From positions 55,944-119,943 of the IMG/VR virus record IMGVR_UViG_3300045988_054096: a stretch of 64,000 nt of DNA, one strand, 5' to 3'. The position numbers and the translations under genes were made by a program. This DNA is from a virus. The notes beneath the pieces are model-generated. The model ran no database searches. It had not been told where the DNA came from and saw nothing but the letters and a program-made list of their open reading frames with translations. Below, one piece after another: positions 10,468 to 21,410 of the stretch. Within the stretch, counting starts at the first letter, position 1; every line of letters begins with the position of its first letter.

Positions 10468-11499
10468 TTAAGTCTTTCTTCTATCCCTTAGCCATAAAAC
10501 AAATTTTTTAATTAAGTTCAAAGTTTCTTTTCTTCCGTGATCCTTGTAAAAGTCAGAAATGTCTTTACTCCCGCACTCTTTTGGAATGCAGACATATACA
10601 AGTTCTGGATGTTCTCTTCTAATTTTAGCCATGTTATATAAGCCTGGTCTATCATTATCATAGAACACTACTATGTTTTCGAATCTACTCTTTAGTTCTT
10701 CAAGCACAGCATCCGAGATAAACAAGTTCTCACTATTAGGTGCACACGCAGTAATACCACATGAATATAAGCACATAACATCCTTTAGCGACTTGGTAAT
10801 CACTAATAACTTCCCACTTTTTGGAAGCTGATCGTATCCCTGAATCTTCTTACTCGGCCAATTAGTAATAAATCTAAAGGATGTTCTTTTAGGAAAATAA
10901 CATCTCCAAAGCTCAATCCCCTGATACTTCTTACCATAATAGCCAAAGATAGGGCAGTGTTGTTGTGATTTGGCAACCAACTGTCCATTCAAGAAGACGT
11001 GTTTACAGGAATAAACATTAAAGCGTTTAAGGGTTTCCAGAGTTATTCCATACTTTCCCCACCACTTCAGTTCTAAGTCAGTAAAATCTTGTACCTCTAC
11101 CTGTATCTTTGACATTTCCTTATCCTGCATTCTGACAGGGTGTTCATTAATCTTTCCAGAGTTTTTCTGAAGAGACTTATCTCGCACAATCCCCATGTCA
11201 TTGGCAATTATTCTAAGAGCCTCAAAATAATCACAATGAAACATCTCTTGGACTACCCCAAATATATTCAGATGTTGTCCAGTAGCGAAGTCCTTAAAGA
11301 TTAGAGTGTTAGATCCATTCCTATAGAAGCTACAAGTAGGTCTTCTATCCTTTCTTAGAGGAGATCTAAACAATCCTTTCTTTACAGGCACATGAAGATA
11401 ATACTCCATAAGTTGCTCCTCAGAAAACCTAGACAAGATCAACTCTTTTGTAATCTTAGGTTTAAACGAGAAATCCACATTCATATTCCTTATTATCAA
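10468..11499 (-). CDS. DNA primase (TOPRIM domain, DnaG-like)
   Basis: 343 aa; TOPRIM DxD motif VVFYDNDRPG, N-terminal Cys/His zinc-binding-like region. Confidence 0.5.
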   Translation of the reverse strand: MIIRNMNVDFSFKPKITKELILSRFSEEQLMEYYLHVPVKKGLFRSPLRKDRRPTCSFYRNGSNTLIFKDFATGQHLNIFGVVQEMFHCDYFEALRIIANDMGIVRDKSLQKNSGKINEHPVRMQDKEMSKIQVEVQDFTDLELKWWGKYGITLETLKRFNVYSCKHVFLNGQLVAKSQQHCPIFGYYGKKYQGIELWRCYFPKRTSFRFITNWPSKKIQGYDQLPKSGKLLVITKSLKDVMCLYSCGITACAPNSENLFISDAVLEELKSRFENIVVFYDNDRPGLYNMAKIRREHPELVYVCIPKECGSKDISDFYKDHGRKETLNLIKKFVLWLRDRRKT

Positions 11500-11569
11500 A
11501 ATACAAATTTAGTAAATTTCTAGTAAAACCCAAAACAGAGCGACCTACTTGATAAATAGGTAGCTCTAA

Positions 11570-12328
11570 TTAATTATCAAGCAGTGATTCGAAGTCTAAG
11601 TCCTCAGAACCTCCTGATACTCCATCTACGTCAGCGGCTGTAGCAGAATCAGCATCGCTCATATCAGTCGGCTTGGCAGAAGCCAACTCAGATTTCTTTG
11701 CTTCCTCATAGGAAGAGAAAAACAGATTTGGACCAAACGGAGTCACCATCCATGTATACCATTCTCCGACCTGTACTCCATTAGAAGCAGCTCTCTTTTC
11801 GTCAGTAGCCTGAGCAATACCAACACAGTTAGGAAGTGTAGCATACATATGTCCCTTGCTGTTTCTTCCAACAAGCTTCATGCTTGTAGTAGTCTTATTA
11901 GCAACTTTGTCTATCATGGCCTTAAATGCCTTGATAAATTCATCGAATGTCTTACACTTATCTACCACTGAGCTAAACTTCTCAATAAGATCTGGAGCGA
12001 AGGCATGACCAATAGCAGCCAATTTATAACATGTTTGTTCCCATCTACTCGGTAACTGACGCTTACCTCCATTAGGCATATCAGAGCTACCTCTTTCTAC
12101 TGCCTTAGGGTCATTTATATCAAAGAAGAAGGTGCTATCGTTATAGATACCCTCGTCGTTACCAAAGGTAATAACAAGACTCTTCCACGGATTTCCGTCG
12201 GCACTAGTACCTTCCTTTATTTCAGTTCCTTTAATGGTTACATTGTCGTTAATTGTATAGGGCTTAAGATAAGATACGCTGTTAGCTGGTTTTACTTGTG
12301 CAAATGAATTAAAATTGAATGCAGACAT
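11570..12328 (-). CDS. hypothetical protein with acidic C-terminal tail (possible ssDNA-binding protein)
   Basis: 252 aa ending SEDLDFESLLDN, resembling acidic tails of phage SSBs; speculative. Confidence 0.3.
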   Translation of the reverse strand: MSAFNFNSFAQVKPANSVSYLKPYTINDNVTIKGTEIKEGTSADGNPWKSLVITFGNDEGIYNDSTFFFDINDPKAVERGSSDMPNGGKRQLPSRWEQTCYKLAAIGHAFAPDLIEKFSSVVDKCKTFDEFIKAFKAMIDKVANKTTTSMKLVGRNSKGHMYATLPNCVGIAQATDEKRAASNGVQVGEWYTWMVTPFGPNLFFSSYEEAKKSELASAKPTDMSDADSATAADVDGVSGGSEDLDFESLLDN

Positions 12329-12339
12329 ATTAAATCAAA

Positions 12340-12963
12340 TTAGAGTTTGAAAAAGTTTGAATCTATCTCAGTGATATTTGCATCTTCGTCATCTACTAAT
12401 TCTTTTACATCTAAATCAAAGGGGAGATCCTCATCCTCTCCTCCTTCTACACTAACATTATCATCTCCAATTAACTGCTCTGGTTTAACAGACTCGGATG
12501 TGAGTATAAATAACCCTGGCTTACTTGGATGAGGAACAAGAATAAATTCCTCTCCATACTTGACTAGCTCTTCCCTATTATGTCCTCTACAAGCAACTGT
12601 ATTGGATTTCGTGAGCTTATTTCCTGAGCTTATCCCAAAGGCAACACTTGTGCCTATAACTGGAACATCACCTCCCTTTCCTTGCTCATATCTGATGTTG
12701 AGCTTAGAATCTGTGTCAAGTCCCATGAGTTCAACAGCAGCATTGTTCAATCTATACTTATTGCCCTCCAAAATTAACTTTGGCTCTTTATCTTCGTCTT
12801 GTACAACCTTCTTCTTAGCAGAAGGTTTCACTGCTTTGAGATCAGAATTATCAATACTTCTATCAATAAGTCTTGTTTCCAAAATCTCACCTGTGTCCGT
12901 ATTAACGGACATTTCATAGGTGAGCTTTACAGTGAAAGTTTCTTTCTTAATTGTATCAGCCAT
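12340..12963 (-). CDS. hypothetical protein (acidic C-terminus)
   Basis: 207 aa ORF. Confidence 0.3.
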   Translation of the reverse strand: MADTIKKETFTVKLTYEMSVNTDTGEILETRLIDRSIDNSDLKAVKPSAKKKVVQDEDKEPKLILEGNKYRLNNAAVELMGLDTDSKLNIRYEQGKGGDVPVIGTSVAFGISSGNKLTKSNTVACRGHNREELVKYGEEFILVPHPSKPGLFILTSESVKPEQLIGDDNVSVEGGEDEDLPFDLDVKELVDDEDANITEIDSNFFKL

Positions 12964-13655
12964 TAATCTTCCTCGTTATATTCCTTGATTCTATTAATAA
13001 CTAGATCTAAGTCATTGTCAATTAATATCTCAGGGAACAGTCCCATAGGAGTCTTGGCTGTACAAGTTCCGTCAGAATTGGTAACAAACTTATACTCGGT
13101 CTTGTTATCTTCATTCTGTATAACTCTAGTAAACAAAACATAGGTAAACAATCCTTCAAGTGTAATTACACTATCCAACATCTTACCTTGAGTTTTTATT
13201 TTGTAGTAAGGATTGATATTGTCTCCAGTATTCTCACTATGAGTAAGAACACACACTGTTAGGTCATCACGCATACTCATAGCAGCCTTAAGAGCCTCAT
13301 ATGCGTGCTTAGCCATGTCGGTAAACTTACCATATCCCTTTTCATCTACTCTAGCCATTGCCTCAAAAGCTTGAAGATACTGATAATCGTCAATAATCAG
13401 AGTCTTAATATGTGGCATCTTCTTATCAACAATTGCCATTATCTTCTTTATGTTGTCAATATTAGCAGTGGTGTAGAAGTTACCAGAAATCTCATTACCT
13501 GCAATCTTTAAATCAGGATACTTCTTCTTAGCGCCCTTTATTCCAGGTCTCTTACCAGTAGTACTGATGATAAACGTTTCCTCTGGATTAAGATTCCTAA
13601 TACTAGAGGTCTTTCCACTTCCACTTTCGCCAACGATTGCTATTAATTCTGCCAT
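12963..13655 (-). CDS. RecA-like P-loop ATPase (Sak4-like recombination ATPase candidate)
   Basis: 230 aa; Walker A GESGSGKT near N-terminus, Walker B LIIDD. Confidence 0.4.
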   Translation of the reverse strand: MAELIAIVGESGSGKTSSIRNLNPEETFIISTTGKRPGIKGAKKKYPDLKIAGNEISGNFYTTANIDNIKKIMAIVDKKMPHIKTLIIDDYQYLQAFEAMARVDEKGYGKFTDMAKHAYEALKAAMSMRDDLTVCVLTHSENTGDNINPYYKIKTQGKMLDSVITLEGLFTYVLFTRVIQNEDNKTEYKFVTNSDGTCTAKTPMGLFPEILIDNDLDLVINRIKEYNEED

Positions 13656-14728
13656 TATAAGATAAATTTAGATTTTTGAGTGATTTGTACATTATCTTCT
13701 ACATCTAATAGCCAATCTGAATTACTATACTTTTCATAATCATATATCTCTTCAGGCCTAGGTAATTCTGCAAATAAACCAGTCCGACCATAGAAGGCAC
13801 AACCCACTTCTACATCGGCTTCGCCATACCTATTCTTCAACACAGTGATTACTCTGAAATTCTGCTGAAGTGCCTTAATATCATATCCTCGATAGCTAGT
13901 TAGCTTTTCTCTATGAGGATTAAATATTGAGATGATTACTTCACTATCCTGAGCTGGAGCTCCAGTATCCTTAGTATCATCAATCCTAAGATTATTCAAA
14001 CCTTCCTTTCTTCTATCCATAGAAGTAGAACTTCTATTAGCCTGCATAATAACTACAGGACTAATCTTACACATATTTCTAAGTGTAACGAGGTAAGAGG
14101 ATATTAAGTCCATTTCCTCCTTTAAAGTTCTTCCATTTGTTCTTCTTGCTAATGACAAGTGGTCAATAATCACAAGGTGAACCAGGTTCTCATTATTAGG
14201 ACGATAGATCTTTCGGTTCTCTATTTCTTCAAATGTTCCTCTCTTTTGTAGCTCTTTCATAAGAGTAGAATATAGACTATCAGCGCTAAGAGACTTATCA
14301 TATACCTTAACAACCTGCTCTACTTGATGTAACCAGGGCAGGCACTCTTTAACTATTTGATAGTTTTCATCACTTAGTCTATAATTCTTCTTTCTTGACA
14401 ATAGCTCTTTTACAGACAATTCTACATGATACTTCTCAAAGATATACATACTCAAGAGCTTAGCGTAAAGCATTTCGGCAGACATCTCTAATGAGAAATA
14501 GGTAACTGCGAAGTTACCATCGTCTAGATGCTCCATCAATGGCTCGTATATATAAGAATACAAAACCAATGAAGTCTTACCAGAGCCAGTTGGAGAAAAT
14601 ACGAGAGTATAAGTAGATTGTGTTACTCCATCAATCACCTCTTCGAGTTTAGGTAAGCCCATAGAATAACCCCAGTTTTTACCTTCTCTACCAAAAGTGA
14701 TTTGGTGCATAAGAGAGTTAGTAATCAT
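13655..14728 (-). CDS. DnaB-like replicative helicase (RecA-fold C-terminal domain)
   Basis: 357 aa; Walker A SPTGSGKTS, Walker B VIIDHLS, DnaB-type arginine finger region. Confidence 0.55.
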   Translation of the reverse strand: MITNSLMHQITFGREGKNWGYSMGLPKLEEVIDGVTQSTYTLVFSPTGSGKTSLVLYSYIYEPLMEHLDDGNFAVTYFSLEMSAEMLYAKLLSMYIFEKYHVELSVKELLSRKKNYRLSDENYQIVKECLPWLHQVEQVVKVYDKSLSADSLYSTLMKELQKRGTFEEIENRKIYRPNNENLVHLVIIDHLSLARRTNGRTLKEEMDLISSYLVTLRNMCKISPVVIMQANRSSTSMDRRKEGLNNLRIDDTKDTGAPAQDSEVIISIFNPHREKLTSYRGYDIKALQQNFRVITVLKNRYGEADVEVGCAFYGRTGLFAELPRPEEIYDYEKYSNSDWLLDVEDNVQITQKSKFIL

Positions 14729-15366
14729 AGCATTTTGACGGATTCATAATTAATATTACCTTCTCCATCTTTTAATGCTTGTAATTCCAGCCACCTTTGG
14801 TCTATAATGAAGCTGGCCAGAGTATAGTTGATGATGTTGTGCTCTTTTGCCCACCTAACTAACTCTATGATATGATTATGACGTTCAGGGTTCCATCCAA
14901 TGTTTCTTCCATACTTGAAATAAGCATCTTCCAATGAGTCGAACTTTTTGCTAACAGACCTTAATCCAACTACATTGCCCTGAACCGATCCAAATTGAGG
15001 ATATTCCTCGAACAGTTCCTTTCCTAACTCAAAAGAACATTTATATAATGTCTTGATGAATATTTTGTTAAACGGGATGGAGTATGGATCGAATGCTTCC
15101 CCTTCCTCTGGAATCTTATATGATTTTAGAATGATACCCTTCTCCTGTAAAGACAGTAATATCTCCCTTAGCTTAGTTCCACAGTCATAGAGCAGTTCTA
15201 TATAACTCTTAAAGAGTTCTTCCGTATCTTCGTCCTGCAGTATGAGCAAAGTTCTTACAATCATTAGCTCATTGGGAGTAATTCTGTACTTAGTGAGTAA
15301 GGCAATCTCCTCCTCTAAGTTTAATGTCAAATTTTTCAATATCAGTTTACAGTTATAATTGCACAA
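14725..15366 (-). CDS. hypothetical protein
   Basis: 213 aa ORF overlapping stop/start with helicase genes. Confidence 0.3.
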   Translation of the reverse strand: MCNYNCKLILKNLTLNLEEEIALLTKYRITPNELMIVRTLLILQDEDTEELFKSYIELLYDCGTKLREILLSLQEKGIILKSYKIPEEGEAFDPYSIPFNKIFIKTLYKCSFELGKELFEEYPQFGSVQGNVVGLRSVSKKFDSLEDAYFKYGRNIGWNPERHNHIIELVRWAKEHNIINYTLASFIIDQRWLELQALKDGEGNINYESVKML

Positions 15367-15580
15367 GGTACATCTGTAAACTGTAATACGGTACTACTCT
15401 TTCGAGTTTTTATTAATTACATACGGGCTAAGAAACTCTGACATTAATTCACATCCCCTTTCTCGCATTTTAACAATATCATATAACTTCCCTTCATATT
15501 CAATTGGTTCATTTCCTTCGTAACTTCCTAATATCATTAATAATGCCAAGAGTTCCACTTGCTTTTCTTGAATCATGTTT

Positions 15581-16864
15581 TTAATATCTAAATGTAAAAT
15601 CCTTTATCTTTTTAACATACGGTTTAGGCTCATCACCTTGCAATACTGCATCAAGTCCATTCTCATCTATGGTGATAAATGGGCTATTTTTATGAGAATT
15701 TGCAAACCACTTAGTCTCAATCGTTTGATCAATGACTATGTTAAATATTTCTGCAAGTTTATCTCCTTCCTTTCTTATGGTTCTTCCTCTTCTCTGTATC
15801 GACTTTGTTTCTGACGAATCGAGTCCTAGGATAATAGCTACTGACAATCCTTTAATGTCAGCACCCTCATTCAGTTTCACGCAAGAGTTAATAACTCCAG
15901 ATTCTTGGCGTTCAAACTCTTCTAAAGTGATTCTGTTCTTTTTCTTGGAACTATTCTTTCCAGTGTAGACAACCCCATATCCAATGGACTCAGCCATCTT
16001 TACATTACTAGAGAAAGTAATTATCTTAGCACCAGGTCTAGCCTCAATGATTTTCCTAGCTATCTCTAGTTTCTTCGGATGATTATTGATAAATGCTTTT
16101 CTCTGCTGTATGGTTCTTATAAAACCAATTGCATGAATTGTTATCATTCTGAATGCGTGCTTTCTCTCTTCTTCAGAGGCACCAGGTTTGCATATAGCAT
16201 CCCTATATTTAGCACGATTTCTAAAACCATCCTTTCCTATCATAGACATTGCAAGACCAAAATCGTAATTAAAGAACTCAAAATGTTCCACAAATTCACT
16301 ATTCAGAGCTTTATACTCATTTATGTCATCAACATCTATAAGGACTTGATATTCCTTAAAGTTTGATAGCCATCCATTTATGAGAGCTTCTTCTGTTGTA
16401 ACTCTATCAATAACAGGACAATACTTAGCAATGATTTCATGTTTACCATCTAACCTCTCAAAGGTCGCAGTCAATCCAAGAATATATCTATACTCAACGG
16501 TGTTGAATATTTCTTGAAAAGTATCAGAAGCATAACGATGGGCTTCATCAATAATAAGAATATCACATTTCCATTTTCTCTTAATGACAGTGTTAACTAT
16601 CTGTACATCAGAGTTTAAACTAAGCTGATTATTGTCAAGATGTTGTAACCATTGTATCCGTAGGTTATCGGTGGGTACTACTACGAGTACCCTAAGATCC
16701 CGATACTTATTCAATACGGATTTTATACACTTTATGGCTGTCCAAGTTTTTCCAAAACCAGTAGCAAATTCAAAGGTTCCCTTGCATTTGCTCTTAATCC
16801 ACTTCACTCTAGCCTCTTCTTGTCTTTCGTCACGAGTCTGTTGTTTAAACAACATTTCTGGCAT
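15581..16864 (-). CDS. superfamily II DNA/RNA helicase (DEAH)
   Basis: 427 aa; motif I TGFGKT, motif II IIDEAHR. Confidence 0.55.
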   Translation of the reverse strand: MPEMLFKQQTRDERQEEARVKWIKSKCKGTFEFATGFGKTWTAIKCIKSVLNKYRDLRVLVVVPTDNLRIQWLQHLDNNQLSLNSDVQIVNTVIKRKWKCDILIIDEAHRYASDTFQEIFNTVEYRYILGLTATFERLDGKHEIIAKYCPVIDRVTTEEALINGWLSNFKEYQVLIDVDDINEYKALNSEFVEHFEFFNYDFGLAMSMIGKDGFRNRAKYRDAICKPGASEEERKHAFRMITIHAIGFIRTIQQRKAFINNHPKKLEIARKIIEARPGAKIITFSSNVKMAESIGYGVVYTGKNSSKKKNRITLEEFERQESGVINSCVKLNEGADIKGLSVAIILGLDSSETKSIQRRGRTIRKEGDKLAEIFNIVIDQTIETKWFANSHKNSPFITIDENGLDAVLQGDEPKPYVKKIKDFTFRY

Positions 16865-16962
16865 AATCTAACAATATACATAGTAAAGCACTATAGCCAT
16901 CTATATATGTATTAATTAAATTACAGCAGTTTGGAAGAAAATTTATGTACCAAGAATACAGA

Positions 16963-17832
16963 TTAAGCATCAAGAGTAATACCTCTTTCGTTTGCAACGA
17001 GCTCAATCTGACGCATTCTTTCTTGCCACTGTTCAATGTGGAACTGAACCTCGTCCTCTAATCTAAACAATACCTTGTTTCTCAACACAGTAAGCTGATC
17101 AGTAGTAAGGTCAGAATACTTCTTAGGTTTAAGATTAACCATTGCACGCAATTCACTAAAGTTAAGTCCTGTAGGCTTTACAGTAAGTCTAACAGTAGGC
17201 TTAATATTAAGACGTTCCTTAATTACTTCAAGTTTACTACGTGTATTACCGTCTTTGTCCTTCTCATCAAACTCCTTCATTTCTGCTGGAGTCAAATATA
17301 CACCCATGTTCAGAATGAAGCTAAAGGTGATATGTTTGTTGTCAAAGTGTCCCAGTCTATCAAGACCTCCATCCAATACTTCCTCAATAGAAATTCTCTC
17401 AAACTCTCTGGGAAGTCCTCCAGTAATAGTTGCGATAGAAATGCTATCAAGTTCGTTAGAAGGAAACTCATCCTTTCTAGCATTCATACAAGAACGAATA
17501 TCTTGAATATAAAGATGTCTAGGATATGGCTTTCCATCAGCACATAGTGCTCCAGACTCTAACTTACGAAGGAATAACTCAACATTACACTTTCTTCTCT
17601 GGTCCTCGATAATGTTCAGAAGGACATATCTTCCAGGATTTAACTTATCTTCACTATAGAGCATGGACTTACAATGCTTATAGAAAGTATTCAGCTGTTC
17701 AGGAGTAGCATCTACTAGACGTATTTCCTCCTGAGTCTCATCAGACTTTCTGGCAAGTTTCCATACAAAAGATTTAGTGTCGTTATTCTTAGCCTCTATA
17801 GCTTCCATAAGTTTTTCTCTCATCACTGTCAT
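16963..17832 (-). CDS. hypothetical protein
   Basis: 289 aa ORF. Confidence 0.3.
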   Translation of the reverse strand: MTVMREKLMEAIEAKNNDTKSFVWKLARKSDETQEEIRLVDATPEQLNTFYKHCKSMLYSEDKLNPGRYVLLNIIEDQRRKCNVELFLRKLESGALCADGKPYPRHLYIQDIRSCMNARKDEFPSNELDSISIATITGGLPREFERISIEEVLDGGLDRLGHFDNKHITFSFILNMGVYLTPAEMKEFDEKDKDGNTRSKLEVIKERLNIKPTVRLTVKPTGLNFSELRAMVNLKPKKYSDLTTDQLTVLRNKVLFRLEDEVQFHIEQWQERMRQIELVANERGITLDA

Positions 17833-17875
17833 AATCCAATATTATTTCTCATACTAATTAAATTTTATAGGTTAT

Positions 17876-18184
17876 CTACATTATATACTTGTTCTTATCT
17901 TTCTCCTTAGGCTTAGATACAAATTTATCAAATTGTATACCACTGTAATTGTAGGGAATCATTTTCTCTCCATCAAACCACTTGTCTACACCAGCTCTGA
18001 TTTCAAAGAAGTTTAGGTATCCTACCTCATCAATGTCAATCATGCGATGGTTCCAGTTTGGGTATCTAGTACACATGACATACTTTGTATCCTTAAGTAT
18101 CTCTTCATCTAAACACTCAAATACGTAAGTAACATATCCTAGAGTGTCTACTTCCTTAGCGACTAATCGAGCTAATATGGTCAT
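17876..18184 (-). CDS. hypothetical protein
   Basis: 102 aa ORF. Confidence 0.25.
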   Translation of the reverse strand: MTILARLVAKEVDTLGYVTYVFECLDEEILKDTKYVMCTRYPNWNHRMIDIDEVGYLNFFEIRAGVDKWFDGEKMIPYNYSGIQFDKFVSKPKEKDKNKYIM

Positions 18185-18350
18185 GCTTCAGCATTGCAGC
18201 CATCTCTGTAGTAAGTACAGCCATACGCTGCAAAATTAGATGCACATTTACCAATCTCGGGAAAGCAAGGGTATCTTTGGCATTGCTTGCACTTCCTGTT
18301 CGGAAACTTCAGCTTAACTCCAAACTTATCCTTTTCAATCCCAACAGGAT

Positions 18351-18773
18351 TCATTTTAACAATAGCCATACTAATAATCCAACACCAACTGTAACACCAC
18401 CAACCTTCCAAACCAATAGAGCATTGTTCTTTCTCTTTATCTCCTTGTTCAGTTGTTCAATCTTAAGACTATAAGACTCGGTTAGTCCTTCGTAGTTTCT
18501 CAACTGCAAAGTTCTAAGTGAATCTGTTTTAAGCAACAACTCATTGTCTAGCTTATAGTTAGAGATTTGTTTAAAGAGAAGGTCATTCTCTCTTAAAAGT
18601 TTTTGATGTTCAACAAAGATTAAATTTGCTTCCTTTAACTGATTAGGGGTTATCAATACTATCGAGTCTTTCTCTATTCTGCTTGAGATATTCTGTGAAA
18701 AACACGTAGTCGTCATTGACAGAATTAGAAAGAATAATATCACGAATTTCTTCATAGTTCTTTTCGTTATCAC
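18351..18773 (-). CDS. secreted/lipoprotein-like protein with C-terminal TM (u-spanin- or o-spanin-like)
   Basis: 140 aa; signal peptide MKKFVILFFLILSMTTTC, coiled coil, C-terminal TM VGGVTVGVGLLVWLLL; embedded/overlapping arrangement with 18643..19008. Confidence 0.3.
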   Translation of the reverse strand: MITKRTMKKFVILFFLILSMTTTCFSQNISSRIEKDSIVLITPNQLKEANLIFVEHQKLLRENDLLFKQISNYKLDNELLLKTDSLRTLQLRNYEGLTESYSLKIEQLNKEIKRKNNALLVWKVGGVTVGVGLLVWLLLK

Positions 18774-19008
18774 TTATTTTAATAGTAATAGTATTAATTG
18801 AACTCCTAACTGAATCTCGAGTTTGTCGAAGAGTGGAGAGCTCTAACTCTAACGAATCTATCCTCTCAGTATAGATGCTAAAGTCAGGCTCTTCACTCCT
18901 TGGTCTACTTAATAAGATAAACCCTAAAGCAAGATTAATTGTTATAGAAAGAATTAGGACTGCTTTCCATGCTTTTTGCATTTGCCCTTGTTCTGATTGT
19001 TCAGCCAA
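18643..19008 (-). CDS. type II membrane protein with coiled coil (i-spanin-like)
   Basis: 121 aa; N-terminal TM AVLILSITINLALGFILL then periplasmic coiled coil; 3' end overlaps next ORF by ~130 nt in another frame. Confidence 0.3.
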   Translation of the reverse strand: MAEQSEQGQMQKAWKAVLILSITINLALGFILLSRPRSEEPDFSIYTERIDSLELELSTLRQTRDSVRSSINTITIKISDNEKNYEEIRDIILSNSVNDDYVFFTEYLKQNRERLDSIDNP

Positions 19009-19526
19009 GCTAGATAGGTGTTTACATTATCAAGGAATTTCGGATCCTTCTGCACACCTTCTACAACAATCTTCTCTACTTCTGAGAAATTCTCCTTAAG
19101 ACCTTCCATCTTCTTTCTCTTCAGATAACGTTCCTTAGAATCGTTATAGCCCTGAATATAGACATCAGGATTGGCCTTCAGATACTCAGCTTCCTGCTTC
19201 AGGAAAGCCTCTACCAAGGTCTCATTAATATAACCAGGATCAGTTACATACAGTACAGGCACAGAATTTCGCGCTCTAGCTACTGCTTTTAGCACGCCTA
19301 CCTTCTCAACAAACTCGTCTTCAGGATTGCAGATGGAAACACCAATACGGATTCCCTTCTCAACTGTTCCTACACAGTTGGCCTCAATTCCGTCTGGGCA
19401 GATGATAAGAGGAAGTTGACCACTCTCATTAACCAAACCATTAGTTACTGCTGCAACCACAAAGTGATGAGTTCTACCTGCGTAATCAACAAACGAATCC
19501 TTAAGTACATTAACGTGTTCTTTCAT
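18954..19526 (-). CDS. hypothetical protein
   Basis: 190 aa ORF. Confidence 0.3.
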   Translation of the reverse strand: MKEHVNVLKDSFVDYAGRTHHFVVAAVTNGLVNESGQLPLIICPDGIEANCVGTVEKGIRIGVSICNPEDEFVEKVGVLKAVARARNSVPVLYVTDPGYINETLVEAFLKQEAEYLKANPDVYIQGYNDSKERYLKRKKMEGLKENFSEVEKIVVEGVQKDPKFLDNVNTYLAWLNNQNKGKCKKHGKQS

Positions 19527-19805
19527 TTTTTCTTAAATTTTTTCTTTTTGACATTTGGTTCATATACAGGGAGATTATTCTCCCTTATAAATTCGTAAGG
19601 AGCTCCTATAAGAGAGATTTCTTTCTCAATTACATAGTCCTTATAATATTTAAGTGCATTTCGACACTTTATGTGTAATAGTCTATCAGTCTTAAAGAAC
19701 CTACTTCCTAATACACAGAATCCCCACTTCCAATACTTATTTATACAAACTTCGTAGAGGAAATATGGTAGTACCTCTATTCGAGAGCCGTCGTATACAT
19801 ACGTC

Positions 19806-20258
19806 TTAGGTTCCTGGCCAGAACGGTCTTTCATTCGGGGCATAGGTCTTCCCATTATAGACATACTTGGTAACTAGACACTCATTGTATCCAGTTTTAC
19901 GGTTTTTCGAATAGTAATTGAAGAGAATATCTCCAACTTCGTGTTGCATACACTCAGTTGAATATGTAGTGTGAGGAAACTTCTTATTCTTCTTCAGATA
20001 TATAATAAGCTTTGCTCTCACTGGTATACTCTTCCGAGGAACACTGTGGAAATGAATTCTTTCCTTGTGTTTGCAACGTTCTGATCGTAGTACTCTCTTC
20101 TCATATGGAGTCTTTGTCCACACATTCTTGTCTCTCGGAGCAGCGTGTGGAGGACGGATTCCCAACTCAATCATCAGTTCATCGTCGTGAACATCAACCC
20201 AGCGATCTTCTTCACGCTGAGGTGCCTTAGAAGGACTTTTAACATTTTCTTGTTTCAT
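19806..20258 (-). CDS. hypothetical protein
   Basis: 150 aa ORF. Confidence 0.3.
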   Translation of the reverse strand: MKQENVKSPSKAPQREEDRWVDVHDDELMIELGIRPPHAAPRDKNVWTKTPYEKRVLRSERCKHKERIHFHSVPRKSIPVRAKLIIYLKKNKKFPHTTYSTECMQHEVGDILFNYYSKNRKTGYNECLVTKYVYNGKTYAPNERPFWPGT

Positions 20259-20356
20259 GCGTGTATATTACCACACTTAGTACTTTATAAATAACATACT
20301 TGTAATCATACAAGATATGTTGACACACTCGCTTACATCTAGGACAAACCATTGTC

Positions 20357-20830
20357 TTAGTGATTGGATAAATTATTCTTTTCATATTTTGAGAAAAATG
20401 AATTAATCATACCTTTCACATACTCATTGTCATCACGATTATACATCTCATTCCAATCTCCATTCCTATATAACCATTTGAGGTTTCTACTAGTAATGTC
20501 TCTTACAACATACTTCTTGAGATAGGTAACATCACCTTCATTTACAACACCTCCACCAGAGATGGAGATGCAATAATGTTCACAGGTTTGTTTTCCAGTA
20601 ACAGAGTTTGGAAGACACATATTCTGGACTTCGCTGTTAATACAGGCTTCGTCTTTCCTCTTGTAATCGTAGATAACAAGATCATACTTAATCCTTAGTT
20701 TGTCAAGGTGACAAGCAATCAGATATGCAACGTAACAACATCCTCCACTATTTATACTGTAGAGTTTATCAAGACAGCTGCACAGACAATCTAGTGAATA
20801 TTTAAGATCGTGAACGTTTACAAGCCGCAT
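20357..20830 (-). CDS. hypothetical Cys-rich protein
   Basis: 157 aa ORF with many Cys. Confidence 0.3.
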   Translation of the reverse strand: MRLVNVHDLKYSLDCLCSCLDKLYSINSGGCCYVAYLIACHLDKLRIKYDLVIYDYKRKDEACINSEVQNMCLPNSVTGKQTCEHYCISISGGGVVNEGDVTYLKKYVVRDITSRNLKWLYRNGDWNEMYNRDDNEYVKGMINSFFSKYEKNNLSNH

Positions 20831-21086
20831 AAAGCTTTAAGTGAATCTAGTTCCTCTTTAAATTCTTCAAAGTAAGTCAGAAGCCTAATTGACTCCTCAT
20901 TATGCTTACAGCACACTCTGTAGTGCGCTATCTTCTTAATGGCATATTCTAGACCAATGCCATAGGCGACGTTCTTGAACTCTAGCCTAGCTTCTTTTCC
21001 CTTAGGTTGAACCTTGTATAGTAACTCAAGATCATACTTAGGGCAAGAGTCACTAACAGGAGTTAGTCTAAAGTCCTTTTCTTCTA

Positions 21087-21410
21087 TTACCATTCAGGAT
21101 TATAATTGATATAGAACTCCTTATCTATAACATAATCAATAAAGATCTTAGGGCACTGTTTAACGGATCTTAGTAATTCGTTAGAGTCTGGATCATAGAA
21201 GTCCATGACAGGCTTTCCATTCTCATAACGTATTACAACTTTCCTAACAGAGTCAGGAGTTTTTTCTGACGTAAAGGTAATAGTGGCACTATCTCTGCTA
21301 ATCCATTCAGACAGAGCTTCGTCCAACTCGAAAGTGGACTTGTACCCTTTGGCTCCAAGAGATATATACCAACGACCCTTTACAACCTTTAGGTAAATTT
21401 TATGGTTCAT
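21087..21410 (-). CDS. hypothetical protein
   Basis: 107 aa ORF. Confidence 0.3.
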   Translation of the reverse strand: MNHKIYLKVVKGRWYISLGAKGYKSTFELDEALSEWISRDSATITFTSEKTPDSVRKVVIRYENGKPVMDFYDPDSNELLRSVKQCPKIFIDYVIDKEFYINYNPEW

